Positions 62,609-64,000 of a stretch of 64,000 nucleotides of DNA are shown here, piece by piece (within the stretch, counting starts at the first letter, position 1; each line of letters begins with the position of its first letter). The stretch is from Octopus sinensis. Its lineage: Eukaryota. The translations under genes and the position numbers were made by a program. The DNA lies in assembly GCF_006345805.1 (NCBI RefSeq), contig NC_043014.1:52328001-52392000 (forward strand), read 5' to 3'. The notes under the pieces are model-generated. The model did not search any database, was not told the DNA's origin, and saw only the letters and a list, made by a program, of their open reading frames with translations.

Positions 62609-63082
62609 AGAGGCGCATGGCCAATGGTTAGGGCAGCGCACTCGCGGACGTAGAATCGCGGTTTCGATTCCCAGACAGGACATTGTGAGTGTTTATTACG
62701 CGAAAACACGTAGAGCTCCACGAGGCTCCGGCAGGTGGTGGTAGTGAACCCTGCTGTACTATTTCACCACAACTTTCTCTCACTCTTTCTTCCTGTCTCT
62801 GTTGTACCTGTATTTCAAAGGGCCACCCTTGTCACACTGTGTCACGCTGAATCTCCCCGAGAACTACGTTAAGAGTACACGTGTGACTGGAGTGTTCAGC
62901 CACTTGCACGTTAATATATGAGGCGCAATGTCACTGGTGCCAAGCTGTATCGGCCCCTTTGCCTTTCCCATGGAAAACATCAGTGGCGTGGAAAGCGGAG
63001 GCTGGCATGTGTAGGCGACTGCTGGTCTTCTATAAACAACCTTGCCCGGACTTGTGCCTCGGAGGATAACCTAGGTGCAATC
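62609..63082 (+). mobile_element. Chimeric SINE: family C head and tail 1 continuing into the family D tail
   Basis: Family C to cagccacttgcacgttaat (~62915), then gtcactggtgccaagctgtatcggcc...aaccttgcccggacttgtgcctcggaggataacctaggtgcaatc, matching the family D 3' half. Confidence 0.85.
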
Positions 63083-63115
<33 letters not shown>

Positions 63116-64000
63116 ATATATACGTACGTATATGGACATCTGTACATTCTGGAATACGATTTGAGTACTACCAATGAGTGGTTGCCACTGCACGAATAAC
63201 ATACAGTTAATTGTAAACGAATGGATAATACAATCATTACGGCTTTCGATTTACTTGATTATAAATTAAATTCTTTTGTTCTCACCACTAATTATAGTTG
63301 TCTTAAATACACAATCACACACTATTTCCTTTCACACAACATTTATACACATGCCTATGTTTACATACACTTACACATATACATACAACGCGTGTGTTTG
63401 TGTGTATGGGGACTCTTTCATTGACATTAATTAAACAGGAAAGTACAAGGAAGCAGTTGAAATATGTGATAAATTGGTTTGACGTTTGGGAGAAGAAACT
63501 TTAAACACGTCATGAAAAGCGTAACATATTTATGACGGTTCCGAAAAACTGATAAAATGGTAGGAGGGAAGGGAGAAAGTAGCGAGAACTAATTAGGGAT
63601 AAGGGAAGGAAAAAGGAGGGGGAATTCGGCGGATTAAAGGAAGCGGAAAGCACAATGCAACACATGTTTAACAGCTGTCAAAGACTGTAGATAACCAATG
63701 CGATTTTCGCAATTATGAGAAACGAGGAAGTGTGCAGATTATGATGACAAGTAAAAACATGGTTATAAATGAGGACGTTGGCTAATTAATTATCTTTATG
63801 ACAAATATGAAAAGCCTAATTTGGAGACGGCGTGTATATAGAGAAAGAGCGATGCTTATGTACAACATACTTCTCCGCTCTTTCTTCTTTCTGCATCTCT
63901 TCTATCTTTCACAATTTTCTGTTTTCAAACCCCCCCCCCCCCACTTATTCTCTCTACACATTGGCAACTTGCTTCTCTTGTATTATCAGAAACCCTCTCT

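Overview
AT-rich eukaryotic, repeat-dominated DNA with no prokaryotic features and no host protein-coding gene that I can identify. The four tRNA-headed SINE families, the (TA)n/(CA)n/(AAT)n density and the transposon set look like an octopus (cephalopod) intergenic or intronic region; this is an inference from repeat families. Nearly all ORFs in the track are microsatellite or SINE artefacts. Recognisable fossils: a Penelope-like GIY-YIG retroelement 3' end (~1990-3272, -), an RTE LINE 3' end (~4505-5135, -), a DD37D (maT) transposase pseudogene (~17200-18255, -), a mariner 5' fragment, a Helitron Rep fragment plus four non-autonomous Helitrons, a CRE-like RLE C-terminal scrap, a decayed 5S rRNA copy, a 28-bp GC-rich minisatellite and a 758-bp tandem duplication. 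The most interesting signal is a set of hammerhead-ribozyme (HHR) motifs in small non-coding elements, mostly next to (TA)n tracts. These include an apparently intact type I HHR with a palindromic helix III (33040-33152) inside a ~456-bp hairpin-chain element, and a tRNA-headed SINE-like element whose tail carries an HHR and whose 5' end has a Penelope-style inverted duplication (26515-26817). SINE family labels A-D are my own.
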